A DNA stretch of 64,000 nucleotides from Octopus bimaculoides (taxonomy: Eukaryota), in NCBI RefSeq assembly GCF_001194135.2, contig NC_068984.1:24511768-24575767 (forward strand), written 5' to 3'. A program made the position numbers and the translations under genes. The number at the start of each line of letters is the position of its first letter. Position 1 is the first letter of the stretch. Positions 39,401-50,534 of the stretch are shown here, piece after piece. The notes under the pieces were generated by a model. The model saw nothing but the letters and a program-made list of their open reading frames with translations, was not told where the DNA came from and did not search any database.

Positions 39401-40408
39401 TTTCTCAATCTCTTAATTTCTGTCAGGCTAGAATCTGATATTTCTCAATTTCTTTGGTATTCACTCTATTATCATATTGTATTGCAAAGTCTGTGATCTA
39501 ACACTATTTATTTTTTTGTCCTCTACAATCATATATCTGATTATCTTGCTTCAATAATATGGTCAGGAGAAATCCCATCAAAATCCAGTAATTACTATTC
39601 TCTATCACAGCCTCTGGTTTGTGTTCATACCACTTTTCTGCTTCTTTGAATGCACACACTCGGCTAACATCCCAATACCTATACAGTCATACTTAGGCTT
39701 ATACTCTTTTAATGCATTCACTTAAAACATGGTTGATACTTTCTGTCTCCTTCCCTGCAGATTCTGCATTTGCAGAAGGGATGAATTTGTTATCTTTCAG
39801 CTTTATTTTATTTGACATCAGATAATTTACTCAAAGCAGGCTGTAGTTGGATAGACATATTGAGTTTGTTTTGTATGAAGTAAAACTTTTCTTTTCACTC
39901 TTCTTTATTCATGTGATCACATATTCCGCCAACATCTAAACTTATGAAGACAGTTATGAGTGCTAGGCTGTTGGTGACATGATCTCATCTTAACTGCTAA
40001 ATTTTTGATGATACAGTTCTACCTGTAACTGTTAAGTTGTTAATGATGAAGTCCCTTCTGCATCTTCTAAACTGTTGGTAATACAGATCCAGATCTGATT
40101 GCTAAGCTGCTGGTAGTGCAATCCTAATCATGACTGCTAAGCTGTTGGCAACACAGTTTTATAACTGTTGACTGCAACAATTTCCGAATTTCTTTTTTTA
40201 AAAATTTATTGATTCATTACTGTTTTCTTCAATACAGGAACTTACTAAAACACTGAAAGCAAATGAATGGATTGGCTCAGTGACGGAATGCATCAATGGC
40301 AAAGGTGGAGGTAAAGATGTATCTGCACAAGCTACAGGGACCAATGTTCATGCTGTAGAAGAAGCTATGAAGTTGGCTCAGCAGTTTGCTGATCTCAAGT
40401 TATCTTGA
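9629..40408 (+). CDS. AARS1: Alanine--tRNA ligase, cytoplasmic (spliced gene, 22 coding exons, 957 aa)
   Basis: Exons were read manually and join in frame to 2874 nt. The protein has the class II motifs ([26 protein letters not shown]; [10 protein letters not shown]), editing-domain HTGTH and CGGTH zinc ligands, and a C-Ala GKGGG motif. Most exon lengths match those I recall for human AARS1. Confidence 0.98.
10473..10661 (+). CDS. AARS1: AARS1 coding exon 2 ([15 protein letters not shown])
   Basis: 189 nt, AG/GT bounded; contains motif 2. Confidence 0.98.
11649..11794 (+). CDS. AARS1: AARS1 coding exon 3 ([16 protein letters not shown])
   Basis: 146 nt, TTTCAG / GTAAGT; LYVTYFGG motif. Confidence 0.97.
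11845..11986 (+). mobile_element. Penelope-like terminal repeat abutting (TA)n
   Basis: GAAGAGCGTAGGCTCGAAACG motif; related copies on - at about 52393-52560 and about 51683-51750 (partial), each ending in (TA)n. Confidence 0.5.
12015..12885 (+). mobile_element. Two copies of the RTE 3' tail with (GAT)n end, flanking an N-gap
   Basis: 12015-12283 and 12635-12883 are near-identical and both end in GATATATATCTAC. Confidence 0.85.
12295..12611. other. Assembly gap (others at 22410-22694, 27561-28518, 46472-46857, 59837-59876)
   Basis: Runs of N, mostly beside repeats or microsatellites. Confidence 1.
13610..13801 (+). CDS. AARS1: AARS1 coding exon 4 ([34 protein letters not shown])
   Basis: 192 nt, AG / GTGAGT. 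Confidence 0.98.
13848..14340 (-). mobile_element. 5'-truncated R4/Dong-like non-LTR retrotransposon (restriction-like endonuclease C-terminus) in (TAA)n
   Basis: [40 protein letters not shown], then about 190 nt of 3' UTR; (TAA)n on both sides. Confidence 0.75.
15360..15504 (+). CDS. AARS1: AARS1 coding exon 5 ([21 protein letters not shown])
   Basis: 145 nt; contains motif 3. Confidence 0.98.
15554..15849 (-). mobile_element. Candidate solo LTR
   Basis: TGTAG...ATACA termini, CpG-rich, AATAAA on the - strand; no clean 4-6 bp TSD. Confidence 0.35.
16290..16690 (+). mobile_element. RTE 3' UTR fragment with internal subrepeats and (GAT)n tail
   Basis: Homologous to the tail downstream of the RTE ORF at 49490-50500. 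Confidence 0.8.
17415..17790 (-). mobile_element. Full-length tRNA-derived SINE (family E)
   Basis: Reverse complement of the 56801-57180 element. Partial copies occur at about 1960, 6280, 11040, 15880, 31200, 33890, 35500, 42930, 44810, 55940, 59920, 61270 and 63680. Confidence 0.85.
18305..18450 (+). CDS. AARS1: AARS1 coding exon 6 ([24 protein letters not shown])
   Basis: 146 nt, TAG / GTAAGG. Confidence 0.97.
19400..19508 (+). CDS. AARS1: AARS1 coding exon 7 ([18 protein letters not shown])
   Basis: 109 nt; conserved [11 protein letters not shown] helix. Confidence 0.97.
20920..20958 (+). CDS. AARS1: AARS1 coding exon 8, 39-nt small exon ([13 protein letters not shown])
   Basis: TTTACAG / GTAAGC; supplies the conserved FPE..KDP segment, phase 0-0. 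Confidence 0.92.
21563..21674 (+). CDS. AARS1: AARS1 coding exon 9 ([23 protein letters not shown])
   Basis: 112 nt, AG/GT bounded. Confidence 0.97.
22040..22164 (+). CDS. AARS1: AARS1 coding exon 10 ([19 protein letters not shown])
   Basis: 125 nt; LYDTYGFP motif; donor GTTAGT. Confidence 0.97.
22192..22930 (+). mobile_element. 5'-truncated RTE LINE (ORF C-terminus + 3' UTR + (GAT)n), interrupted by a gap
   Basis: [41 protein letters not shown]. Confidence 0.9.
23866..24012 (+). repeat. 46-bp minisatellite, 3 copies
   Basis: CCCAAAATGGTTTAGTCTATTTAAG.. recurs at 23872, 23918 and 23964. Confidence 0.9.
24534..24678 (+). CDS. AARS1: AARS1 coding exon 11 ([14 protein letters not shown]), ends at a GC donor
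   Basis: 145 nt; only the TATG|GCAAGT donor gives the phase 1 needed to form YVFE with exon 12. Confidence 0.92.
25041..25261. mobile_element. Tc1/mariner-type MITE
   Basis: TA ends; about 30-bp TIRs TATGAGGTGGTGCTGAAAAGCTCCTGG / CCAGGAAGTTTTCAGCACCCCCTTGTA. Confidence 0.75.
25651..25817 (+). CDS. AARS1: AARS1 coding exon 12 ([24 protein letters not shown])
   Basis: 167 nt; FYAEQGGQ motif. Confidence 0.97.
27222..28880 (-). mobile_element. RTE LINE (RT domain with YADD, gap, 3' tail)
   Basis: [27 protein letters not shown] at 28520-28750, with one frameshift near the HQGS motif; (CAT)n tail at 27222. Confidence 0.9.
29031..29144 (+). CDS. AARS1: AARS1 coding exon 13 ([23 protein letters not shown])
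   Basis: 114 nt, AG/GT bounded. Confidence 0.96.
29805..29942 (+). CDS. AARS1: AARS1 coding exon 14 ([22 protein letters not shown])
   Basis: 138 nt; HxxxH editing motif, [15 protein letters not shown]. Confidence 0.98.
30745..30885 (+). CDS. AARS1: AARS1 coding exon 15 ([18 protein letters not shown])
   Basis: 141 nt, AG/GT bounded. Confidence 0.96.
32246..32358 (+). CDS. AARS1: AARS1 coding exon 16 ([20 protein letters not shown])
   Basis: 113 nt; contains the editing Cys. Confidence 0.98.
32491..32599 (+). CDS. AARS1: AARS1 coding exon 17 ([24 protein letters not shown])
   Basis: 109 nt, after a 132-nt intron that splits CGGT|H. Confidence 0.98.
33730..33843 (+). CDS. AARS1: AARS1 coding exon 18 ([17 protein letters not shown])
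   Basis: 114 nt, CAG / GTAAGT, frame consistent. Confidence 0.92.
34322..34690 (-). mobile_element. RTE 3' tail
   Basis: Same family. Further copies at about 8120, 14830, 40570, 43565 and 59080. Confidence 0.8.
35828..35947 (+). CDS. AARS1: AARS1 coding exon 19 ([18 protein letters not shown])
   Basis: 120 nt, TAG / GTAACA. Confidence 0.93.
37381..37467 (+). CDS. AARS1: AARS1 coding exon 20 ([14 protein letters not shown])
   Basis: 87 nt, CAG / GTGAGA. Confidence 0.94.
37952..38339 (+). mobile_element. Full-length tRNA-derived SINE with (CAA)n tail and 11-bp TSD
   Basis: A/B boxes (TGGCCCAGT..AGG; GTTTCGATTCCC); TSD AGTGTATCACA at 37941-37951 and 38340-38350. Confidence 0.9.
38795..38902 (+). 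CDS. AARS1: AARS1 coding exon 21 ([16 protein letters not shown])
   Basis: 108 nt, CAG / GTGCGT. Confidence 0.94.
40238..40408 (+). CDS. AARS1: AARS1 coding exon 22 ([21 protein letters not shown])
   Basis: 171 nt ending in TGA; C-Ala GKGGG motif. Confidence 0.97.
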   Translation, partial: ELTKTLKANEWIGSVTECINGKGGGKDVSAQATGTNVHAVEEAMKLAQQFADLKLS

Positions 40409-40447
40409 TTTTTAAGTATTCTTGCTATTATATTCTATGCTGATTTC

Positions 40448-40524
40448 AATAAAATATTGCCTCTTATCAAAATATAAGCTATATGAAATTACTTGATAAA
40501 TTTGTATATTAATTCTGAAATAAA
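40448..40524 (+). terminator. Candidate AARS1 polyadenylation signals
   Basis: AATAAA at 40448-40453 and 40519-40524, followed by T-rich sequence. Confidence 0.55.
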
Positions 40525-40935
40525 AACATTTTTCTCTTCTGAATACAAATTGATTAATACTTTTTGTGATATCATTATCACGTTTAACCTCTGCTTTTCA
40601 TGCTGTCATGGGTTGGACGGTTTGACTGAGGGTTGGCGAGCCAGAAGGCTGCACAAGGCTCCAATCTGATCTGGCAAAGTTTCTACAACTAGATGCCCTT
40701 CCTAACACCTTTCTGGGGTGATTTTTTTGGTGGTGGTGAAAGTGTGTAGCTCATAAGCCATCAAATATGCTTAGTAGTAGCAAATTGGAATAATACAGAA
40801 AAGACTAATACATAGTAATTTGTTAATTAATGAAAGACAAGTTTTACATAGGCATGCATTAATATAAAAATCACGAAGATAGATATTTTAAACTCTAATT
40901 AAATATAAAAAAAAGATGTACAATTCCAATGTAAG

Positions 40936-40960
40936 TTTATTTGATATTTAGGTATTTATT
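40936..40960 (-). terminator. Candidate arylsulfatase polyadenylation signals
   Basis: Two AATAAA on the - strand (TTTATT at 40936 and 40955), about 300 nt past the stop. Confidence 0.45.
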
Positions 40961-41245
40961 CAATCGGTGTGTATGATTTACAAGAATAAAAATATGATAA
41001 AATTCAGCAAAAAGTGAACAAGTAGAATTCAGTATGCAATCCAATCATGAAAAGAAAAAAAAGTCATGATAGACAACTATAATGATTGATGATTTTAAAT
41101 ATTCCATTTTTTGTTAGTATTAAAGTAAGTTTCTTCCCTTCCACTCACCATATATTGTTTATAACCAATTAATGCAATTAGAATTTGAATAAATTCTAAT
41201 TCCCACACACAATTGAAAAAAACTGATAGTTCAGATTTGATTATT

Positions 41246-41942
41246 TTATTTTAACCATGGGGTCCAGATACCATTGTGATGTATTGGAAAACCAGCTGGA
41301 TCCTGAGGCTTGTTTCCAGGTGGCACCATGGTTGCTTCATATTTTAAAAGCCTCTTCATTAGATATTTCAAAATCTCTGGGTTTTGGTCAGCTACGTTGT
41401 GGTATTCACAAGGGTCAGAAGCAATGTTAAAAAGACATGGTTTTTTGAAATCATCACAATTATGGAATGCATCTGGAGGTTTTGGTCCCCCACAATTTAC
41501 TCTTACTGTTTTTGGATGGGTTATCATTTTGACTGGGAAATCATTATCTTGAGAAAACCAGTCATCAAATTCATTTGATAAATATCTCTCACTTTCATTG
41601 TATGGTGGATACCAATTACCTCGAGAGGCAACATGGCCAATCAAAAGCTTGTAGTTATTGACTCTTATGGCTGCAAATTTTCTTATTGGATCAATGTTAT
41701 GCAGAATTTCTGTTCTTACACTCTTTCCATTATTTGAAAGCATACTCCATAGATCATAACCATCGAGGTTTTTCATCCGAGGCTCCTCATCAGGATTTCC
41801 TCCAGCTGCACTGTATAGTGTTGGAAGCCAGTCACACACATGTACCATCTGTTCACTGATATAACCGTTCTTCTTTAACAATGGGCTGTGAAGAAATCCA
41901 ACTCCACGGACACCACCTTCCCACAAAGTATTTTTCATTCCT
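41246..41942 (-). CDS. ARSB: Arylsulfatase last exon ([16 protein letters not shown])
   Basis: 697 nt, acceptor TGCAG, stop TAA. Confidence 0.97.
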
Positions 41943-44900
41943 CTGCAATGGGCAAGAAATATTTATAATTTAGTCTTTGATTTGGCCTAGAGAAAGAGGA
42001 AGAACATGGACTAACATATTACAATGGTTATCATATAACTATGTTCAAAGATCAAATCCTGCTGGGACCAACTATTCTCTTGTTCTCTGTAACATACTGG
42101 GAGTAATTCAATTGATCATCATCATTTTAACATCTTATTTTCCATGCTTACATGAGTTAGACAGAGTTTATTGAGGCAGATTTTCTACAACCAGCTGCTC
42201 TTCTTGTCACCGATCCTTACCTGTTTCCAAACAAAGTGATATTTTCTCATGACCAGACATGTTTTTGGAGAATATTGACAATGAATGACTCTGATCCTCA
42301 TTAACAACTGATGTCAAGACTAGAAGATACAAAATGCTCACACTCGCCTACACACACATATATGATGATAATAGCTGTCCACTCATGATGGAAGAAGACA
42401 ATCACTGATCATTGCCCATGCATGTGGATATTGCATCTGCAGTCAATTTCACTTGGGTTCATACAAGCCGCTTCTATGCTCATCATAGTGCCCACCTACT
42501 TGGCCAGGCATCAGAAAGTCACTCGACTGGAAATTGCACAGCCTAAAATATTCTTTTCTACTCTGGGCACAAAGCCCGAAATTTTTTGAGAGGGGCCAGT
42601 TGATTAGATCGACCCCAATACACAACTGGTACTTAATTTATTGGCCCTGAAAGGATGAAAGGCAAAGTCTACTTCAGTGGAATTTGAACTCAGAATGTAA
42701 TGACAGACCAAATACCACTAAGCATTTTGCCCAAAGTTGCTAACGATTCTGCCAGCTCGTTGCCTTTGCACAACCTAAGATATTAGGTCCATTGTGGTTT
42801 GCATGGCACTTCACCTCACAAAATCCAGAGGCAAGATATCCAGTGTCAATATGGGTTGCAGGTTCAGGAATGTGGAAGTGCCATGATCTCAAGCACAAGC
42901 AAAAGATTTCCAAAATATCCAATGCCATTCCTTGCACAAACACAATGGGCTTCTTTCAGTTTCCATCTACTAAATCCACTCACAAAACAGTGATTGGCCT
43001 GGGACTGTAGTAAAGACACCTGTCCCTGGTCCAATACAGTAGGACTGAACCTAAGACCATGTGGTTGAGAATAAAACCTTTTATTCAGACAGCCGTGCTG
43101 TAGCTTATTAATTAGTCTGTGTGTAACAAATCCTCATTTATACTTTTGCATCATTAACAATTGATTTTTTGCAATTGGCTGCAGCATAATGTTACCACTA
43201 ACAACTTCTGGAACCGAGACTATATATTATTTTTAGAAGACATCTGATTTTGGTAAGATCTCATAAGGAATAACTGAAAGATAGACATGGCATTTCTCGA
43301 GCCATTCTATTTGAAAAAGTTTGGTTGTGGCAATATTAGAAGGAATTCATCAATCTACTTGAAGGCTGAATTGATACCAATAAGTTTCCATAATACCACG
43401 ACTTAGTTACTGGCACATCACACAAATGTGTGTGATGTTCAGTCATTGGACTATCAATCTCCTTTGCCAAATTGCTAAGTTACAGGGATGTAAACAAACC
43501 AGCACTGGCTGTCAAGTGGTGTGGGAGGGAGACATAAACACAAAGACACCCATATACACATGCATACATCATCATCATCATCATCATTTAACGTCTGTTG
43601 TTCATGCTGGCATGGGTTGGACAGTTTGACCAGAGCTAGCAACCTGGAGAGCTGCACCAGACTCCAACCTGATTTGGCATGGTTTCTACAGCTGGATGCC
43701 CTTTCTAATGCCACCACTTTACAGAGTGCACTGGATGCTTTTATGTCAAGTCAGCACAGGACTCTTGCAGGCAAATCTTCTTCACCAGTGGGGAGAGACC
43801 TTAAAACCTCTACTGTGGGGTATGGGTCTTCTTGTAAATTTTTCTTTCTCTATGTGCTTATACACAAATAATATTTTCATTTAATATACAAAAATACATT
43901 TTTGTATATTAAAGGAAAACATGAACAAAGAAGCTTTTATATGAACAATCATCCTACAAGAAATAGCACCTAAATCACTATCATATCACATCCGACATCT
44001 TAAATAAAGAAGGATGCATTTAATAATGTAGTCCGCATGGCTGGTCATGAAGAGAACGTGCTTAATTGTAGATTTCAGCAACAGCAACCAATACAAGTTT
44101 GTAGATAGAGTTTACATTTGGGTTAACTACCCCATTCTGATTCATAAAGCTCCACTGTGCCCAGTGTTCAACTCTACCTCCTAAATTGCTAAATGAATGA
44201 GACAAGTTTCTCCACCATTTGGTTTATCTCAGGTGCTTTGACTGAAAAAATTGAACTCAGCATTGTAAGCCAATGAAGCACTCAGTGACGTCATCTCTTG
44301 TACGTACAACAGCAAGAAGATCAGCCCAGCCTAGCCCAACCCAACCCTGCCCAGTCTAGACTAGTTTAGCCCATTTCCTTACTTCTTAGAGCACAACACT
44401 CTTGTCACATAAAACATTTTTTACTTAACCCTTTTGATACCAGCCTGGTTGAAACTGCTTCTGGCTCTGTAGTATAAATGTTTTGTTTTCAAAAGTTCTG
44501 AATTAAAATCTTCCACCAAACCTTAGTCACAATTTATGTTTCTAATACTAAGTTATTTTACTAAATTCTTTCTTATATTTAGAATTAATTGAAAGAAACA
44601 GAGCATCTTAACAGAAATATGGTAACAAAAGGGTTAATAAGCAAGTCTCAATTAGTTTTACAGCCTACCAGAAATAGAAGAGAAATTTCTCTCAAATCAC
44701 AAGATACCATCTTAAAAAGAAATGGAAACATTGGATAATGTATTCCAGGCTACACAATGCCAGAATCAAAAGACATGATAGTCATAGATTTGTGTATTTG
44801 TTCTCCTCTCCTGCTTGACAACTGGTGTTGGTTTGTTTACCCCATCATATCTTATTTGTTCAGCAAAAGAGACTGATAGAACAAGTACCAGGCTTTAAAG

Positions 44901-47900
44901 AAATAAGTACTGGAGTCAATCTATTCAACTAAAATCCTTCAAGGTGGTGATCCAGCATGGCCACAGTCCAATGACTGAAACAAGTAAAAGATAAAAGACA
45001 GAGATACCTATTTCAACATACCGTAAAGGCCAGTTAGATGCTGCATTTTCATTATAGCCATTTGCTGGTCCACCATTGTCTGTAGAGAACAGGATGATAG
45101 AATTGTCGTACATACCAGAAGACTTCAATGCATTGACCACTTCACCGACTCCATCATCTAAAGCTGCCACCATTCCTACAAAATTAAATGGTAATTTACA
45201 TAGAATATATCTAAAAACAAATTTGATGATTTTGCTGGTCTCTGTGGTGAACTCTACTCATGCATGCATTTAGTAGGAAAATGGCTAATTACATAAAATA
45301 TTTAACAAGTTTAACCTCTAAAATTTAGGACAAAACATGTGATACATGCTGTTCATATGATTTAACCTTAAATGAGTAAATCTATGATCAAAGACATTCC
45401 AGCCATGAGCATCCCATCCTTCTACATAATTTAGAACTAGATTGTCCAATGTGTCTTTTGTTTGTTTTTTTTAACAATGTAAGGTGAAATTTGAAGGATA
45501 GTTGGCTGCTATTTCTAAGAGTCAAACCGTCTTGTAGAGGTTCTCTTGTGAGCTTCTTGAGATCTCTTTTAAATATGGTGGTGAATTGAAAGAAACTTCA
45601 TTATTACATTGAGAACCGTTTAAGAATACATTGGAATAATATTGTCCAAGATACACCATGTCAACATGAGATGAGATGATGGCTACAACTGGTATATTTT
45701 TGGTCATAGGTCTACTCCTTCAGAGCTGATCTGGAGCTAAAAAAACACCGGAGGCACCACAGTATTACACACATGCTTGTTATGCATAAGGTATTATTAA
45801 GGCAGCGAACTGGCAGAAACGTTAGCACACCGGACGAAATGCTTAGCGGTATTTCGTCTGCCGTTAAGTTCTGAGTTCAAATTCCACCGAGGTCGACTTT
45901 GCTTTTCATCCTTTCGGGGTCGATAAATTAAGTACCAGTTACGCTTACGCACTGGGGTCGATGTAATCGACTTAATTCCTTTGTCTGTCTTTGTTTGTCC
46001 CCTCTATGTTTAGCCCCTTGTGGGCAATAAAGAAATAAGGTATTTTAACTAAATATTTTAACATTCAGGACACCAGGAAAGGGTCAAGTCCTACATATAC
46101 ACAGACATATCAAATATATACACATCTCAATATATGTACATATGTAGTGAAACTACCTATCGTCACTAGATACAAAACTACTATCGCCATTACATACAAT
46201 CTTCTCATTTAAATATAAATAAATGCGAGCGTAGTAGAGAACCCATTCCTTGTCATCACGTGACTGATTATTATTCGAATCGGCACCTTCTTCGAACCTT
46301 TCCCGCCAGAACGCAAACTGACCAATCACGGCCCCTAATAAGGTCACGTGATAGAGTAAAATTCTGAAGGCATTTGGAGCCCTCTTAACACTATATATAG
46401 ATCAACTCATACCCCACAAATTTGTCTCGGTCCAGTTTCTCTTTGAGAACTGTTCCATGTACCACACGACANNNNNNNNNNNNNNNNNNNNNNNNNNNNN
46501 NNNNNNNNNNNNNNNNNNNNNNNNNNNNNNNNNNNNNNNNNNNNNNNNNNNNNNNNNNNNNNNNNNNNNNNNNNNNNNNNNNNNNNNNNNNNNNNNNNNN
46601 NNNNNNNNNNNNNNNNNNNNNNNNNNNNNNNNNNNNNNNNNNNNNNNNNNNNNNNNNNNNNNNNNNNNNNNNNNNNNNNNNNNNNNNNNNNNNNNNNNNN
46701 NNNNNNNNNNNNNNNNNNNNNNNNNNNNNNNNNNNNNNNNNNNNNNNNNNNNNNNNNNNNNNNNNNNNNNNNNNNNNNNNNNNNNNNNNNNNNNNNNNNN
46801 NNNNNNNNNNNNNNNNNNNNNNNNNNNNNNNNNNNNNNNNNNNNNNNNNNNNNNNNNTCTATCTGCTGTAAACACTCATACACACATGTATCACTCACGT
46901 ACACAATTTTCTTTGTATGATGGCCTGTCTTTGATTATGTTCTTATATGTCGCATTCACACTCACACACAGACATACATCTTTAACGCCATAATAAATAT
47001 CTCTGTTATTCCATCTTATACGGTTGTGGTCTTTCATTACTGGTCATCTATGTTATCGTCGCATAACATATTATATATATCATCACCTGATATATTATTG
47101 TGTGTTCGACCGTGTGACGCGTTTAAATAAAAGGAGTCCTCTGTTTTTCCATTCGTCACCATTTCTCCTTTTTGAGTTCGCACGGTCGTCCTTACACATA
47201 TATATGATTATGCAGAAACACACACACATGTAGGTTCACGATCCAATGCAAGTTATAGATTCAACATACAGATGGTTCCAGATATGGCATTTGCATAAAA
47301 GAACACAAATGGATTTTAAAGAATCACAACAGCTGTTTCAGCAACAATTTTTTTTATTGATGAATAGATTGATTATTACAATTAGATCATGAAAAAAAAT
47401 CCACTTTCGTCAGGTGAGTTTAAACTTATGTAGGAGAATAAATTCCAATTGACCCGCTTTGTCCAGGTATCATCAAAGTTTATATGTGTGTGTGTGTGTG
47501 TGTATACATGTGTATGGAAAACCCTACTTTTTTCTGTTGAGGGCTTATATGCCACAATATTAGACTATTTTCCTTAGTCAATGCATGGTGATCACTTATA
47601 AGCTTTAAGCTTATAAATTATTATTATTATTTAGAGAATTATAAAATCCTCACCATTTATCAAATCATTGCAGAAAATGCATATATATATATAGTAAAGA
47701 TTGCTTGCCAACATAATGTGGCAGTTCTGGTTAAGATGAATGTTACTGCCATTTAGCCCCAAGAAACATTGTCTCCAGCTGGCTATCGACACACTATCTG
47801 CGTCCTTATATTTTTGAACAAGGGAGTTTAGTGCCCCCACTCAGCTCTAAAGTAATATCTATGTATCAATGGTTTCTGGGTTATTTCCTTTCATCAAAAC

Positions 47901-48694
47901 AGAATAACTGCTTGGCTAGAGATGGTGACACTAAACTCTTGTTCAAAATATACACTTTTCAAACTAACACACAGTCACTGATCTCATAAACAGAAAAATT
48001 ATTATTTCTAAATCTCTGAATGAGAAACATTCAGTAACTGTACTCTAGTGTAAAGGTTATTTGCCAACATAATCTGGCAGTCCTGGTTAGGACGAATGTT
48101 ACTGTTATTTAGCCACAGGAAAAAAAATATACCTTTACTAAAACTAATGCTAAGATTTTAATCTAACTTACCTGCAAAAAGCTTCCGTTGCTTATTTGAG
48201 ATATTTGGAAATCTTTTTGTATATTTTTCAGGTGCTTCTAAATAAGGTTGAATACTTGAACTGTGTACAGCTTGGTAAGGGAGGTACAAAAAAAGTGGCT
48301 AAGTATAAAAATGGGATAAAATGTTGATAATTCTACAGAAAATATAAGGAATCAAAATATTGCAAACAAAAAAAAAAAAGAAAAAAGTTTTATGAAATGG
48401 GATACAAAAAGCAACAAAACAATAAAAACAAAAAATGAATACAGACAGTAACATAAGTAAATAAAGAAAAATTAAATGCATATAAGTAAAATAAGGGCCA
48501 GTCAGAAAACAGAACTGTTCAATACTGTTTATGAGTTACACTTTGCTTAGTCATAAAGATGTCAGCATCTTAAAAAGAAGAAATCATAAATAACAATCAG
48601 AGGAAACTAAAAACAAAATGTGGCAGAAACATTATACATTGAAGTTCATGAGTTTGGATAAGTTCATATCTTGTGGAGAAAATGTGCTAACTAA

Positions 48695-48749
<55 letters not shown>

Positions 48750-49249
48750 GTGTATGATGCACTCTCCTGTCAAAGATGATGTATGAGCGTTCAGCTATTG
48801 CCAAACAACCTGTACAAATGATTCGTTTATAGTGATTGAATACATGTGCTATATATTAGCTCACTCTCTTTATCAAATTGACACTGCTTGAATAAGTGCA
48901 CAGTGTACCATGCTTCAAGTGTTGAAGTAATAGCAGGATAACATGAGATGAAGTATTCTGCTCAACAACTCAATGCACCACTCAGTCTAGGAATTGAAAC
49001 CACAGTCATGACACCCTACCCACTAAGCCATGAGTCCTTATACACACATACACACACACACATATATACTATATTAAATCTCTGAGCGAGATGTAAACAG
49101 TAGCAATACAGAATCATAACATATAATTGCCAACCAAGTGTGGCGTCCAATACAGGACAGTGCTACTGACGTTTATAGCCCCAGGAAGACATCTCTTCCA
49201 GCTGGCTGACAACACACATTCTATGTCCAGACACAAAATGTGTATTATA

Positions 49250-49288
<39 letters not shown>

Positions 49289-50501
49289 TATCTCACAAAA
49301 GTATGTACATCTCTAAAAAATTTCAGTAAACTTGCAATTACTCTCATAATATCGAAAGAAATCAAACGAGATTTATACTGAATAAAATATATTATACATG
49401 CAAACATTATACAAATTTGGAATGCAAAACAAACATTTTCAAAGATATAAATGAAATATTAATTTTCAAATGATAAACAGATTCCATCACATGCCAGGGG
49501 GAGAAACTAGAAGTTGTTAATAGCTTCTGCTACCTAGGCGACCAAGTCTGTAGTGGTGGTAGTGGTTGGGGATGTTGCTCTGAGAGTTTAGCAACTAGAA
49601 TAAGAATAGTCTTGGAAAAGTTCAGGGAGCCCCTACCTCTGCTGGTAACTAAGGGCCTCTTGCTCAGGGTGAAAAGTAGACTGTATGATGCATGTGAGCG
49701 AACTGCCATGCTACACGGCAATAAAATATGGGCCATGAATGCTGAGGACATGCGTAGGCTTGAAAGAAATGAAGCTAGTATGATCCGCTGGATGTGTAAT
49801 GTCAGTGTGCATACACGACAGAGTGTAAGTACCCTGAGAGAAAAGTTGGGCATAAGAAGCATCAAATGTGGTGTGCAAGAGATGCGACTGTGCTCGTATG
49901 GTCATGTGTTATGTATGAATGAAGACAGCTGTGTGAGGAAGAGCCACTCCATAACTCTAGAAGGAATCCGTGGAAGAGGTAGGCCCAGGAAGACATGGGA
50001 TGAGTTGGTGCAGCATGACCTTCGAACATTGGGCCTCACAGAGACAATGACAGGAGATCGGGACCTTTGGAGATAAGCTGTGATTAAGAAGACCCGGCAA
50101 CTAAAGTGAGATCGCAGCCATGCATGTCCAGCCCTGTTAAGAATACCCCTGATGTGGCAGGCGATATGATATGCTTGAGAAGACCTGTTGAGTCAAGTAA
50201 AACAATATTGTAGCTGTGGCCAGTTCTCCCTGAATGGCTCCCATGCAGGTGGCACGTAAAAAACACTATCTGAACATGATTGATGCCAGGCCTGCCTGAC
50301 TGGCTCCTGTGCCGGTGGCACGTAAAAAAACACCCACTACACTCTTGGAGTGGTTGGTGTTAGGAAGGGCATCCAGCTGTAGAAACACTGCCAGATCAGA
50401 TTGGAGCCTGGTGCAGCTACTGGCTCTCCAGACTTCAATCAAACTGTCCAACCCATGCCAGCATGGGAAAGGGACGTTAAACGCTGATGATGATGATGTG
50501 T

Positions 50502-50534
<33 letters not shown>

